53,960 nt of DNA from Nemertoderma westbladi (Eukaryota; Animalia; Xenacoelomorpha): positions 1 through 53,960 of the forward strand of contig JAUCBJ010007763.1 in the NCBI GenBank assembly GCA_032718475.1. The letters are read 5' to 3'. Numbering within the stretch: the first letter of the stretch is position 1; each line of letters starts with the position of its first letter. Position numbers and translations under genes: made by a program. This document shows positions 24,801 through 34,999 of the stretch, piece by piece. Below the pieces are notes generated by a model that made no database searches, was not told the origin of the DNA, and saw only the letters and a program-made list of their open reading frames with translations.

Positions 24801-25931
24801 AAACCGGTGGAGTACTGGATGACCATCCAGGCTTTTGGGATAATCTCAAGCCCTTCAAACGCCTGTTCAGTGGTGCGCACCACTGCGGATGACAACCGAG
24901 ACGCCTTCTCTAAAGAGGTGATTGACAACATCAAGCGGGATATATACATGGACGACAATCTAAAGTCCCTTCCATCAGTCGAAGAAGCCATTGACGTCGC
25001 TAAAGGAACGGTAGAGTGCTTAAAAAGAGGTGGATTTCGATTAACTAAATTCACCAGCAACTCCCGTGAGTTTCTGGAGTCGATCCCGGTAGAAGATCGA
25101 GGAGCGAAAGACCTGGATCTAATAAAAGATGATCTCCCAGAAACTAAGACCCTTGGTTTGAAATGGGACACAGAAAGAGATATCCTGTTTTTCCAACTAA
25201 AACAGCGAGATAATCCAGTTCGGACTAAACGGATTTGTTTAAGTATCCTGAGCACTTATTTCGATCCATTGGGATTTATTAGCCCAGTTATATTGATTGC
25301 TCGGAGTTTAGTACAACAAATGTGGCTTGAAAACCACTCATGGGACGATCCACTTAAGGGAGAATTATTAAAGAAGTGGATGGAATGGGAAGATTCTCTA
25401 CCAGCTATCGAGAACTTTATAATTTCCCGTTCATATTTTGGTCATGTTCTCCCTACGTATTCCTATCAACTCCATGTGTTTGGAGACGCCAGCGATATGG
25501 GAATAGGTATAGTAGCCTACCTAAGGGTGGAAACTCCGGACGGAATCAAAGTCGCCTTGGTTACCTCTAAGGCATTAATAAACAATAAGTTGAAAGTTCC
25601 TCGAGCGGAGTTAAAAGCGGCTCTATACGCTACAGCCATCGGCCGGAATGTAACAGAACAGATTGACTATCCACTGGAGAAAACTGTCTATTGGACCGAC
25701 GCTTTACTCGTGTTGGAGTATATAACCAATGAAGTCTGTCAGTTCAGCATCTTCGTTACCAACAGAGTAGCCATTATACTCAGTCGCACAACGATGGATC
25801 AATGGAGACATTGCCCCGGAACGATTAATCCAGCAGACATCGCCTCCAGGGGAGCAACTCCACAAGAACTGGTAGATACTCCAGACTGGCTAGGTGGACC
25901 CGACTTCCTGTACAAAGAAGAAGAAGAATAG
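21822..25931 (+). CDS. gag-pol: BEL/Pao Gag-protease-RT-RNase H polyprotein ending at a premature stop
   Basis: Capsid KFNGDEMKW...LEGSP. Three BEL knuckles CALCDGTHRLNMC, CYNCLRQGHQRRTC and CAKCGAKHHILLH. Protease LLDSGS. RT VRVVFDGS, SDIEGMFLQ and YMDD. RNase H FGDAS, PRAEL, WTD and NPADIASRG. The TAG at 25929 replaces the conserved Trp of the GPxFL....WP motif. Confidence 0.95.
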   Translation: MCQPVRSEVSHAQGVEPTRIYTASEVETPIVNPIKGNYRPVDNDIPYRPDHNPRNLYTDNSILNNTMAQESFTRQMARTEARQAVKVGEIVKFNGDEMKWLPFNEYYKDNIQNSVLSNGEKLRFLIECLEGSPKLMALKFIGHPDGLRQVWDTLNIRYGNRNNIAKYLYAKLVAPRKFISSGIIEFSDEIQEICRQLDWLGKSHEYQSSMVIGAVASTLPKGGVGTRWDKKVLYMMEQQRRDPTMADLMSFLDGEVKLQLLKQSREKTPENKVSEKPVSRRKVTPVCYTDDGESQTSQGEDSGKDTERSYYVNKMPKEQVSKFKSRTNDRREQVRKTPPTSPKRIQVRKPEERTSVHNVIQNKVSNIKPKCALCDGTHRLNMCDEFLKKSLAERREVMWDKQLCYNCLRQGHQRRTCYSDTRCAKCGAKHHILLHTEFERNSQSQVSDSELHIQFSDVNDTDQSSEMEGFYTDEFSDEGESCYMINTAVYRALTYEKDTDSDLTLTTSDRQPSWKAPPSNVGSREFPVVQVRVHGPKRSYVVNALLDSGSTGTFIDKELAEDIFAGQPKFQTKLNMSGIMQVWKSTVIADYYVGALSTPQDELGEHSIRSVKMVAIKNFATNQVEPYNWDEDDFTQQLEIPRSKTDYPGVQILIGQNAHEALETLEKRPAQPQPLQAYVGRTRVGWYFTGPSRRTLMERLPKDQVYQVREWEDESSELDDPTEGRPYSSDNDDVHQLFDEENAIDLLKENETWQTQVNLCQLLLPSERDNYNDELNDVIERYNAKTRDEHAVRFFTQEAVEPNSYDKALSVEEERAKQIQETTTRFLKDQGRYEIGLPFRKREPKFVNNRPLAEKRIAQLHRRLTANSSAKEMYQTQLKKFISKGYAELVPEETPITERTYYLTHHYVPKPGKPHEVRVVFDGSALHMGQSLNSELLPGPNLLQSLLGILLRLRQYSIAFASDIEGMFLQVKALDRDRDSLRFLWWPEGDLNQKPVEYWMTIQAFGIISSPSNACSVVRTTADDNRDAFSKEVIDNIKRDIYMDDNLKSLPSVEEAIDVAKGTVECLKRGGFRLTKFTSNSREFLESIPVEDRGAKDLDLIKDDLPETKTLGLKWDTERDILFFQLKQRDNPVRTKRICLSILSTYFDPLGFISPVILIARSLVQQMWLENHSWDDPLKGELLKKWMEWEDSLPAIENFIISRSYFGHVLPTYSYQLHVFGDASDMGIGIVAYLRVETPDGIKVALVTSKALINNKLKVPRAELKAALYATAIGRNVTEQIDYPLEKTVYWTDALLVLEYITNEVCQFSIFVTNRVAIILSRTTMDQWRHCPGTINPADIASRGATPQELVDTPDWLGGPDFLYKEEEE

Positions 25932-27655
25932 CCTCCTCATCTTACTACCGCAGAGATTAGACAGGCCAAGGGAGCGGAGAAAGTCAAACCTAAAACTCGG
26001 GCGAGTAAATCGAAGTTATTCAAACCTATGGTAGATCTGTCTGTACTACATACTTCCGGAGACGACGCTTTGGATCAGAAACCCACAGCCACAAATAAGT
26101 CTGTAGTGGAAATCCGTGAGAAGGATTGGAAATCTGGAATACCAGACGTCTCGCAAGGACTCTCACCTCTTCTGCAGAGAGCGATACATCATTACAGTTC
26201 CTGGAATCGGCTCTGTAAGGCCGTTACATATTTAAAGAAATGTTTTCACCATCACTACTCCGGGATGAAGGCCAAAGGTGATACCGCTCCAATAACATCA
26301 GTGCAGGTCCATGTTATTAAAGATCTTCCCAAATATAAGATACCCGACAGGTTTCTGAAGGAGAAGATCAGTTATCAGGAGCATGAAGAAACCAACAAGC
26401 AGATGCTGAGACTCCTGCAATGCTATGAGGATTCCGATAAGTATTTCCTGTTGTTGAGAAATCCACAGATGCGCTTAAGGGATCGTTTCTCTAGCACAAT
26501 GATAGATGGGTTGATACGTGTAGAGCTCTGAACCAAGTTCTTAGGAACTGCATACCCTGTAGGAAAGCATTCAGTAGGCCTTTAACACAGCGAGAGGCAG
26601 AATTACCTAGGGAACGAGTAAGCTTCTATGAACCACCCTTTACTAATACCGGTGTGGATTTATTTGGCCCCATTGAAGTATATCGTGCTGGGACTATAGT
26701 CAAGAGATGGTGTGTCATCTTTGTTTGTATGACTTGTAGAGCTATCCATCTCGACATGGTGAACGATTTATCTACCAACAGCTTTCTATTAAGCTTACGA
26801 CGACAGATCGCTCGCTTTGGCACTAGTAACACGATGAGATCTGATAAGGGAACAAACTTCATTGGTGCCAACAATGAAATTAAAGCTTACGTCAAAGATT
26901 GGAACCAAAGACAGGTGGACGATCAGCTACGAGTAACAGCGTCTAGCTGGACCTTCAACGCCGCCGACGCCCCTTGGTGGGGAGGAAGTTGGGAGAGATT
27001 AATAAGAAGTGTGAAGACCGCATTTCACTTTATAGTGCTGTGCCGCGCGTATCTCACCGACGAACTTTTGCGGACGTTTATGGAGGAAATCGCCGCCTAT
27101 CTCAATGAGAGACCGCTTATGCCAGTCTCATCGAGTCCCGATTCCCTGGAAGCGCTAACACCCGCGCATTTCCTACTGAAGAAACCTGTAGCCATGCTCC
27201 CACAATCAGAAATCACAGACGGAGACGAATACTGCCGGCAAACTTGGCAACTCATGCAGTTGTTATCCCGTCGTTTCGCTGACCATTTCGAAAAACATTA
27301 TCTGCCCACGCTACAACTTCGAACTACGTGGTTTGCGCAGCAAGAAAACGTCAGCGCTGGAGACATGGTTCTTATAGTGGATGTAGATCTTCCACGTAAG
27401 CGGTGGCAGACAGGTTGTATCATCGAGACTCACATCTCGGATGACGGTATGGTGCGATCGGTAGAACTCGTCGTCATGCGACGTAACTTCAAGAAACCGG
27501 GAATTGTCTTCGAGACACAGCAGCTCAATCGCCCAGTTGGTCGCTTATGTTTACTGGAAAGAGACAGAGAACTCTCCGGAAACTATGGGAGGCAAGATAC
27601 TCTTCCCACGACCACCTCCCTAATCCAACAAACATCTAGGGACTCCCCAACTTAA
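25932..27655 (+). pseudogene. pol: Tether and integrase of BEL pol, with an internal deletion/frameshift near 26521
   Basis: YSSWNRL...DGLIRV jumps frame directly to VLRNCIPCR...PFTNTGVDLFGP, then SDKGTNF, WGGSWERLI, LNERPL, LTPAHFL and RPVGRLCLL. The HH half of the HHCC zinc finger is missing. Confidence 0.9.
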
Positions 27656-28203
27656 CAACGGCTGGAGTGGGTGTATGACTATCTTTGTATTTGTTTTATC
27701 CTTTTATATTTATGTATATATTATTATGTAATTTTATTATAATCGTTTTCTTTAATTTTATTTAGTAGAATGTTATTTTAGCGATTATTTAGTAGATTAG
27801 TGCAATATATATTCGCGTTTATTACTTAATTACTTATATATTATATATTTAGTGCGACGGCGAGAAATAATTCTTTTTCTCTTTCCTTACTGTCCGTATT
27901 ACGTTACAAATACGTAATTACAGTAAGATGAAATGTCCGTACTTATTAAAGTACAATAAAGCTCCTACTATATTTAAGTATTATTGGTAGGCAGAGTATT
28001 AGGAATGCAAAATTCAGATCCTCGTATCTCGGCTAAACCAAGCTCTGGGTAGACCTTGGAAGCGACTTGCCTCTTCTCACTGACATTGCTTCGTGCGATA
28101 TTGCTCTCATACCGTATCTTAAATAATACATATAGTAGCGTGATGTCCCTTTAACAGTAGCGTATAACGCAAAATAAATCTGTTAAACCCTTTGACCATC
28201 TGT

Positions 28204-28467
28204 AATTCTAGTCGATTAAGATATCGCGGCACCCACCGATATACTTGAAAGACAAATTCTAGAAGCAGTGGTTAACGTCCCCAGACAAGTTCTGGAATAA
28301 ACTGGTGCCCATCCTAAATATTAATTATTAATATTTACAAAATCTGTCAAATTTTAGATCCTTTAAAATTCTAGTCGATTAAGATATCGTAGCACTTACC
28401 GATACTCTTAAAAAGACAAAATTCCTAGAATCTAGGATCCCAGTCCCCAGACACGTTCTGGAATAAA
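28204..28467 (+). repeat. 163-bp-period duplication in the 3' non-coding region of the BEL element
   Basis: AATTCTAGTCGATTAAGATATCG at 28204 and 28367. GTCCCCAGACA(A/C)GTTCTGGAATAAA occurs in both copies. Confidence 0.85.
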
Positions 28468-29299
28468 ATTACGTCTATTTAACATTAAATAATAAAATTT
28501 ACGGGAATAAATTTAAATTCATATATTTCAATGAATTTAATAAATTGTCATTTTATACAATTTATAACATTCCCAAAATTCCATTAATTAATAGATCATG
28601 GGAGCGGAGATTCACTCTATTAAGTGTATTTGTGTGCGAGAATCTCCAATATATAGTCAATAGCCGATAAAATTCATAAAATCATATATAGAGAGGATAT
28701 TGACAATTAAAGAATTACTATTAAATAGCATCCCAGATCTGTATGCATGAGAATTACCCTAATTCTACCGCTAGCTTTCCATAATGTCACCATGGCAACA
28801 ACCACGCTAGAATTAGAAGTGAGTTAAAAGAACAATAGAAGGCTTACCCCATTGAATAGCATAGGGAATAAATAACACACCGCTAGTATCCAAGGATACA
28901 TAATAACAACGTGACATTCTGGAAGGCACTTGACTAACGGACAAATGACCCGAATGTGTGATAGAATGTGTACCATTTGTGACAGTTACGTGGAATTTGT
29001 GCGTTCATAGGTGAATGTTACTGCTAAAGTGTGTTTACAGTAGCTAGTCGCAATTGTGAAAGTAGCCCTAACTCTCCAGAAAGAACCTGAAGTACATCTA
29101 AGCCTTTGGGACGGACAGTGGAGTGACTTGTGCCGGTTATCGTTGTCGTTGTGTAGCTACATCGTTGGCGAAAGCACAGCGACGACGGTACATCGGCGCT
29201 GAGAATCTTGCACTGTCCGGGGGCAAAAGAGGTGTAGGCAGCGACGCCCGCTAGCCTAATATATAAACTCATTATAATATTGATAAACTCATAGCAGAT

Positions 29300-29677
29300 A
29301 TGACTGAGTTGATAGAAGATGATCTTAGTATCAGGGAGCGATATACTCTACCTTTACAAGCGTTTGTCGATAGCTTGATACGCGGCGACGCTGGTCCAAC
29401 TACTACGGAGGATGATGGTCGTTATATCGAACCGCCAATGTCCCAGGAGCAACTTACGCGTGAATTGGATTATAGAAAGTTCACCGCTCGCTATACGCAT
29501 CGTAATGGTACGTATATGGACTTCTTAACTACTGGCCATCCTATCGATTTACACGGTACGGATGATGTAGACACCGAAAGGGAAATGGTTTTATTTAAAT
29601 ATCATACCCAGCGGAGTCGGCACGATGAACCGAGAATGGAACACGAGAATTCTATTCGAAATCAACTCGAAAGATAG
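29300..29677 (+). CDS. Possible small accessory ORF (125 aa), unknown function
   Basis: ATG-initiated, with protein-like composition and TATATAAA ~40 bp upstream. No recognisable domain. Confidence 0.35.
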   Translation: MTELIEDDLSIRERYTLPLQAFVDSLIRGDAGPTTTEDDGRYIEPPMSQEQLTRELDYRKFTARYTHRNGTYMDFLTTGHPIDLHGTDDVDTEREMVLFKYHTQRSRHDEPRMEHENSIRNQLER

Positions 29678-30638
29678 AACGTGGAAGAAGGCTTGTAAAG
29701 ACAAATAGAGGAGAACCACTGGAGAAGAGACATGGGTTAATGTCCAGGGTCCATAATATGAATAGTTTTCCCCGGGGCACGGGTGCTCGCGGGTGGTCTC
29801 CTTCGGGAGGCTGTAATGTTCTCTTCCTTCATCGTTTTCCTGTAATTATTGTGATCAGTGTCACAATTAAAAGGCAAGAATGAATGATGACGTGACGGAA
29901 AACATGTCCATTGTGGTATCTTATGGATACTACCATATATCCTCCCTCCTCTTTACTCCCTTTATCCCTCTATACATCGCTATTGAAAATACAACATACT
30001 TCGTCCCACCTTCTCTTCCCAACGCGCTCGGAGCTTTGGGAGACGATCGACCGATCATTGCCGTATCGTGGTATTGATCATACCGCCTCTTAATAAACCT
30101 CCCATCCCTTACTATTAATCTGGATGCTCATATTGGTGTCCGCACCTCTTGTCCATGTCACACTCTGTTGATATTTATGATATCAACTTCCACCCTCTCG
30201 TTGTTGATTAGAAAATCAACCATCAATAATTTCCTTAAGTCCACAACCGTGATATAAGGACTGAAAGGACACGCAGATAGTTTGTGAACAACTGGTACCA
30301 TTGTGTGTCATAAATCTGGTTGTTCACCTCCCTAATCACTAGGGATAAATTCATTTGGAGATAGTCTTCGAACGTTTGTATCCTCCTACTGAGATCGTAT
30401 TTCTGAATATTTCAGAATGCGAAATAGTTTTTCCTCTGCTCTACCATCGCTGTCGGAGAACATATTAGGCATACAACGGGAACATGGAGAACATTCCATA
30501 CCCTTTCGTTGATACTCAGCTGATTGCTCCCTGGGCAGAAGGCCGAGGTTTCTTCCGCACTATGTATGCCAATACACCCAGCGGCATTACTAAAGTACAA
30601 CAAACCTCCATCGGACATCTTGCCTTTCAAGAATACGG

Positions 30639-32258
30639 ATGGAATTTCAAGGTTGGAAATCCTATAAATTACCAACAAGTATATGGAGATCTTATTCTCG
30701 TTTATACTTTGATGGACCATTGACCGCACCTGGCGCCGTGTATAGCTTTATGAGTGTTCCACTTCGTCCCTCCTTAGCTATATGCACGATCTTTGAAAAT
30801 GCAGCACTTGCCGGTTGGCTAGCCGATGTGTGCAGTCGTACCATACGCGCCCATCCCTTAATACTTGGAACCAAACTCGCCAAGTTAGATGAACACAATA
30901 AATTCATTTGCTTCGAATGTTTCAGGCGCTTTCTGACTCCGTTCCGTAACGTTGATAGTCAGTTCAAGGACCGCGCTCTGACCAAACTCAGCCTAAGAGA
31001 CTCAGCTGCGGAGAAGCTAAATAGCGCGGGATTTGCTCTCTTTCAGGACGTTTGTATACAGAACTTACATTCATCTGTTATACAAAGACCCCGAATACCC
31101 ACGGGTTATTCTGTCGTGGAAGTTCAGACAGTGGGTCCGCTTGCGGAGACAGCCGCACCTACCTCAGCTATGCAATTGGAAGACGAACCAATCTGCTTAG
31201 AGTCTGAAGCGATCCAGCCTACAGCGCCCCGGAGCAGCGATAACGATTACGTCTTGGAGTGGTATCAAGGTCCACAATGTCTCACCGCATACGATTATCG
31301 ACACGCCAACTATGTTTCTCGAAAACGTTGTCGATTATGCGCATCGAGAGACCATTTCACCCCTATGGACTCAGACGTACCCTGCTCCTATTTCCACGAA
31401 CAGCCGATGATGGAGATCTATTGTGCGTATTGCAGACTTAATAACTCGCATATTTTTGCAGTCTGCCCCCAATTTATGACCCAATGTCACCACTGTCAAC
31501 TTAAAGGACATGCCAGTTATAATTGCCCCTTTAACCGCGATTTAGAAAGCGTAGATGAGATGATTACCCTGCGCTACATCCGAGCTTGGGAAGCGAACGC
31601 GGATTTACATTGTGAGGCCCGCCATCGCTACTACCCTGGACGCTCTTACGAGGGAGTTTACGCGTTCCATCCTTATTTATTCGTGTCTGTGGAACAAAAA
31701 ACACGCACACCGAGTTACGAACTAATGAAGCGTGTTGGTGAGTGTATTTCCACCAAATTTGTTCGAAAATATCTTAGGAACGTCAATCCTAACGATATTA
31801 CTTCATATCATTTGATCAATTTCATCCGTCAAGACCCTGAGTATGGCGATTTATTTATCAACTCGCACCCTGAGTTACAGGAAGTATCTCGACGGCCCTA
31901 CGAGTATCGAGCCCGAGAACGCGAGCTGGAAAGAACTATTAAACCAAGGAAGTTTCTCACCACTCACGGTCCACCTACCGCCATTGTCCAGGCGACCCGT
32001 CAAGGACCCGTAGGAGCTGCTGTCTTAAGACGCGCCCTAAAGGCCGTTAGACCTCGCTCCACGGAAGTTGATATCGCTCAACCAGGTACCTCGACCGGCG
32101 GATACACAGATCGTAATCCTAAACCTTCTGATGCAATTGTATTGCACCCTTCACCCAGGAGCTACAGCCCTCCTAGTAAAGTGGCTCGCCCCAAAGAGAA
32201 AAGGACTCTTGCTAGCCTCAAAAAACTGCGTAAACGCCGTCCGCGTAAGAAAGACTAA
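30639..32258 (+). CDS. BEL accessory ORF: Cys/His zinc-knuckle protein with a basic C-terminal tail (539 aa; true start uncertain)
   Basis: Uninterrupted ORF ending 78 bp before the 3' LTR. Contains CFEC, CRLCASRDH, CAYCRLNNSHIFAVC and CHHCQLKGHASYNC, and ends LKKLRKRRPRKKD. No evident signal peptide or transmembrane segment. Confidence 0.75.
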   Translation: MEFQGWKSYKLPTSIWRSYSRLYFDGPLTAPGAVYSFMSVPLRPSLAICTIFENAALAGWLADVCSRTIRAHPLILGTKLAKLDEHNKFICFECFRRFLTPFRNVDSQFKDRALTKLSLRDSAAEKLNSAGFALFQDVCIQNLHSSVIQRPRIPTGYSVVEVQTVGPLAETAAPTSAMQLEDEPICLESEAIQPTAPRSSDNDYVLEWYQGPQCLTAYDYRHANYVSRKRCRLCASRDHFTPMDSDVPCSYFHEQPMMEIYCAYCRLNNSHIFAVCPQFMTQCHHCQLKGHASYNCPFNRDLESVDEMITLRYIRAWEANADLHCEARHRYYPGRSYEGVYAFHPYLFVSVEQKTRTPSYELMKRVGECISTKFVRKYLRNVNPNDITSYHLINFIRQDPEYGDLFINSHPELQEVSRRPYEYRARERELERTIKPRKFLTTHGPPTAIVQATRQGPVGAAVLRRALKAVRPRSTEVDIAQPGTSTGGYTDRNPKPSDAIVLHPSPRSYSPPSKVARPKEKRTLASLKKLRKRRPRKKD

Positions 32259-32328
32259 CTGTTTAGAGTATTTTTATATTTTAGAAACTGTGATTTGTTA
32301 TATTTTATAGACATAAATCCCATTTTCT

Positions 32329-32336
32329 GGGAGCGG
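32329..32336 (+). promoter_or_regulatory. Short polypurine-tract-like element
   Basis: GGGAGCGG lies immediately before the TGT of the 3' LTR, as is typical of BEL elements. Confidence 0.55.
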
Positions 32337-33509
32337 TGTAAAGGCTTTTGCGTAATTAGCCGGTTATTTTCCCCGTAAAGTACTCTGTAGTTGGTTTAAC
32401 AGGCATAAAAGGCCGTGTCCTTACTGTACTGTTGTTTTAGAGGACATAAAAGCCATTTCTTCTGTATGTGTACTTTAGCGGACATGATTAGCAATTTTAT
32501 GACGCAACGCGCCAAATCCTCTGTAAACAGTGTAGCTACCATGACGACGGCTAACAGCTGATGCTGTATACGTGGACCTTTTCTTTGTTCTCTGTTCCTT
32601 CTTTGTTCGGTCGACCAATCAGAGCGTTTTTTGCATCTGTGTTAGAGATTGTATATAGAAACTCGTGGAGTTGAGTCAGTATGTGATTTTGTCCACAGCC
32701 TACAACATCGGCTTTGGAACCTCCGTGTTTCAGTCTTTAGTCCAACATTAGTAGGCTTAATTATAGAACGTATATCCGTTAGCTCACTCACTTAACATAT
32801 CTCATACCAATTCTGCATTCATAACCATTCATACCTTAAACTTTGTACTGCTATTTACTGTCGGTTATTCATTATATTTGTTGATGGAATATTATATTTG
32901 GAATACTGATAAATAATCAGACACCCCAATCTTCTTGATATACTAAAGGTTAGAGAGACCGGATACATATAACGATTGCGACTTACATTAAGTGGTTTGA
33001 AGTGAATCTAATGCTATTTTATAGGCCCTACACGTATTGTCTGTTGTTCTCCTTATATGTGACTAAAATTAGTGAAGGTCGGCAGATTGGTGTGCAGCAT
33101 TGTGCAGTATTGTGTATGATCGTGATTGATAACGAAGCATCTCCTAAAGAATGCGCCATATACGTGAATCTATAGCCATCCCGTTGTGTCTAGTTTAAGT
33201 CATAACTCTGTTTATATATTTAAAGCGCCACGTCCTAAAGGAACTGTTAATATTTCCCGAAAGTGAATAATATTTGTCAGAGATTATATATATTACGATC
33301 AGTCGAATAATACAATAGGCCTACCCCGCAATACGGTTAGGCTTCCGAATCCAGTCTCCCGGGTATATCCAGCGGGTGAATGATCGCGCATAGACTGGTT
33401 TCGGCTAATGTAGTGTATCAAATACTTGTCATTGGCTAAAGACTATCTATCATCTAAAAGACATCCCAATTTGGCAGGTTAAACTGCTAAAGGTCTAAAA
33501 GCGCGAACA
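32337..33509 (+). repeat. 3' LTR (1173 bp)
   Basis: Direct repeat of 16358-17533, followed by the TSD TTTGT. Confidence 0.97.
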
Positions 33510-34479
33510 TTTGTAGTCTTTAATAAATCGTACTACTTTAGTACTCTATATCGAGTCCTGACCCTTGGGAGTTAATGTAGTACCCTTCCTGCTTTAAAGG
33601 TAAGAGCCAAGAAAGGATCCCCGGTGTTTCGTATTTGTGTTTCACGTAACTTTTACTTGTTGGCTGCGTCCTGGCTATCTTTAATTTAGATTAATTTGGA
33701 GTGAATAATTTATTGACTTCAGCAACATAGAGTTTATCAAAATCCATTGATTTGTCAACAATTTAATGAACAATCACGTTGCTTTCTGCCAACCATAAAA
33801 AACGTTTGTTATTTTCGAAAACTTCGCGGAGATTCATTCGTTGCACGTTATTGATATCGCTTCATTATTTATAAATATTAATATCATATCCTTTACACTC
33901 CCTTACGTTACTTACAGTGAATAATACCCACTAACAGAACACTGAAGTATAGCTCCTGAAAGGATTCGGTTTATCAGGACTTCAGGAAATTAGATATATA
34001 TTACTCAATGATAGGAATTGCTTAAAAGGGATGTACACTAATAACTAGTAACTAATTGCACGGGCCATTTCCTGTAAAATATATTAAGTTGTAGTTGTAT
34101 GTTGGCGGATAAAGAAGAAATGTGTAGTTACTTTCATTTGTATTTTTGTTATTTAATATTTATCAACACAGTTTTATTGAATCCAACTTGTCAGGTTATC
34201 CAAATAATTTGTAGAACGATAGTATCAACAATGTGTGGGTGTGTAGTAGTAGGAAGATAGGAGTATGATTTAGATTGAGTTATTATGCATGTGTGTGAGT
34301 CATTATTAAAATCTGTATCCACGATCATATACCCAAAACAACAAACATTGTTATGTAGCATACATTAGGGACGATGCTAAGCCATGGAGGGGGCCTTTAT
34401 CTTAGTGGTGTAATACTTGACAGGATGCGTAGTAATGAATGTTGCTGAAGAATTAGTGTATAACTTTATATCAATAATA

Positions 34480-34760
34480 TTTGTAGCAAGGTCCGACTGG
34501 ATACAGCGCCGGAACTGCTTTCACAATAGTGTTAGGCAGCGCAGGTTCAAATCCGACTAAAGACTGAAATTTCGCACTCAGCAAGACTTTAGTCAATAGT
34601 GCTCACACAAACCCAGCGGTAATACTACTGGCTTCTGCTGAGGGAGCAAAGATATGGTTAGATATTTACGGAGAGTTCACCCTTGGGAATTAGTGTGGCA
34701 CACTCCTCTGCCTTACACGTTACAGCCAAGAAAGTGGTGTCTTCTAGTTCCCTCTGCTGT
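34480..34760 (+). mobile_element. tRNA-derived SINE (degenerate)
   Basis: B box GGTTCAAATCC at 34544-34554 after a tRNA-like 5' segment, with a GC-richer ~200-bp body. Boundaries are approximate. Confidence 0.5.
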
Positions 34761-34999
34761 TTCGTGTTTCACACGTTCACCGAACTTCTACTGCATTTCC
34801 TGGTGATGATTTTTGAAATAAAATCGAATTTAATTATGAATTATGTAATTTAAAGTTTTTACTCTTTTAAATTTATTTCCTAATTCGTTTGCGTTTCCCA
34901 AAGGAAAACCTGTGACTATAAGCTTCCTCTGTTTTCGAGTTGATCTTATCATTGGTGTTGTCTGAATGTAAGGAGTACGTTATTTATGTTGAGAAAACT

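Larger units (their letters stand above)
16358..33509 (+). mobile_element. Full-span BEL/Pao LTR retrotransposon (17,152 bp), defective copy with extra 3' ORF(s)
   Basis: Paired TG...CA LTRs, 5-bp TSD TTTGT (16353-16357 and 33510-33514), and domain order Gag-PR-RT-RH-IN with BEL signature motifs. Confidence 0.97.

Noticed and set aside
20700-25255. Antisense ORFs over BEL ORF1 and pol (for example 20700-21113 and 24539-25255), and similar antisense ORFs over the RTE copies
   Set aside because: Shadow frames of real sense ORFs with no independent motifs.
29678-30480. Alternative genetic code (TAA/TAG read as Gln) to explain stop-interrupted coding-like sequence
   Set aside because: Adjacent long ORFs use the standard code with no in-frame TAA/TAG, and stop density is similar in all three frames.
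30639-32258. Env/fusion glycoprotein
   Set aside because: No signal peptide, no C-terminal transmembrane helix. The cysteines are in CCHC knuckles and the tail is basic.
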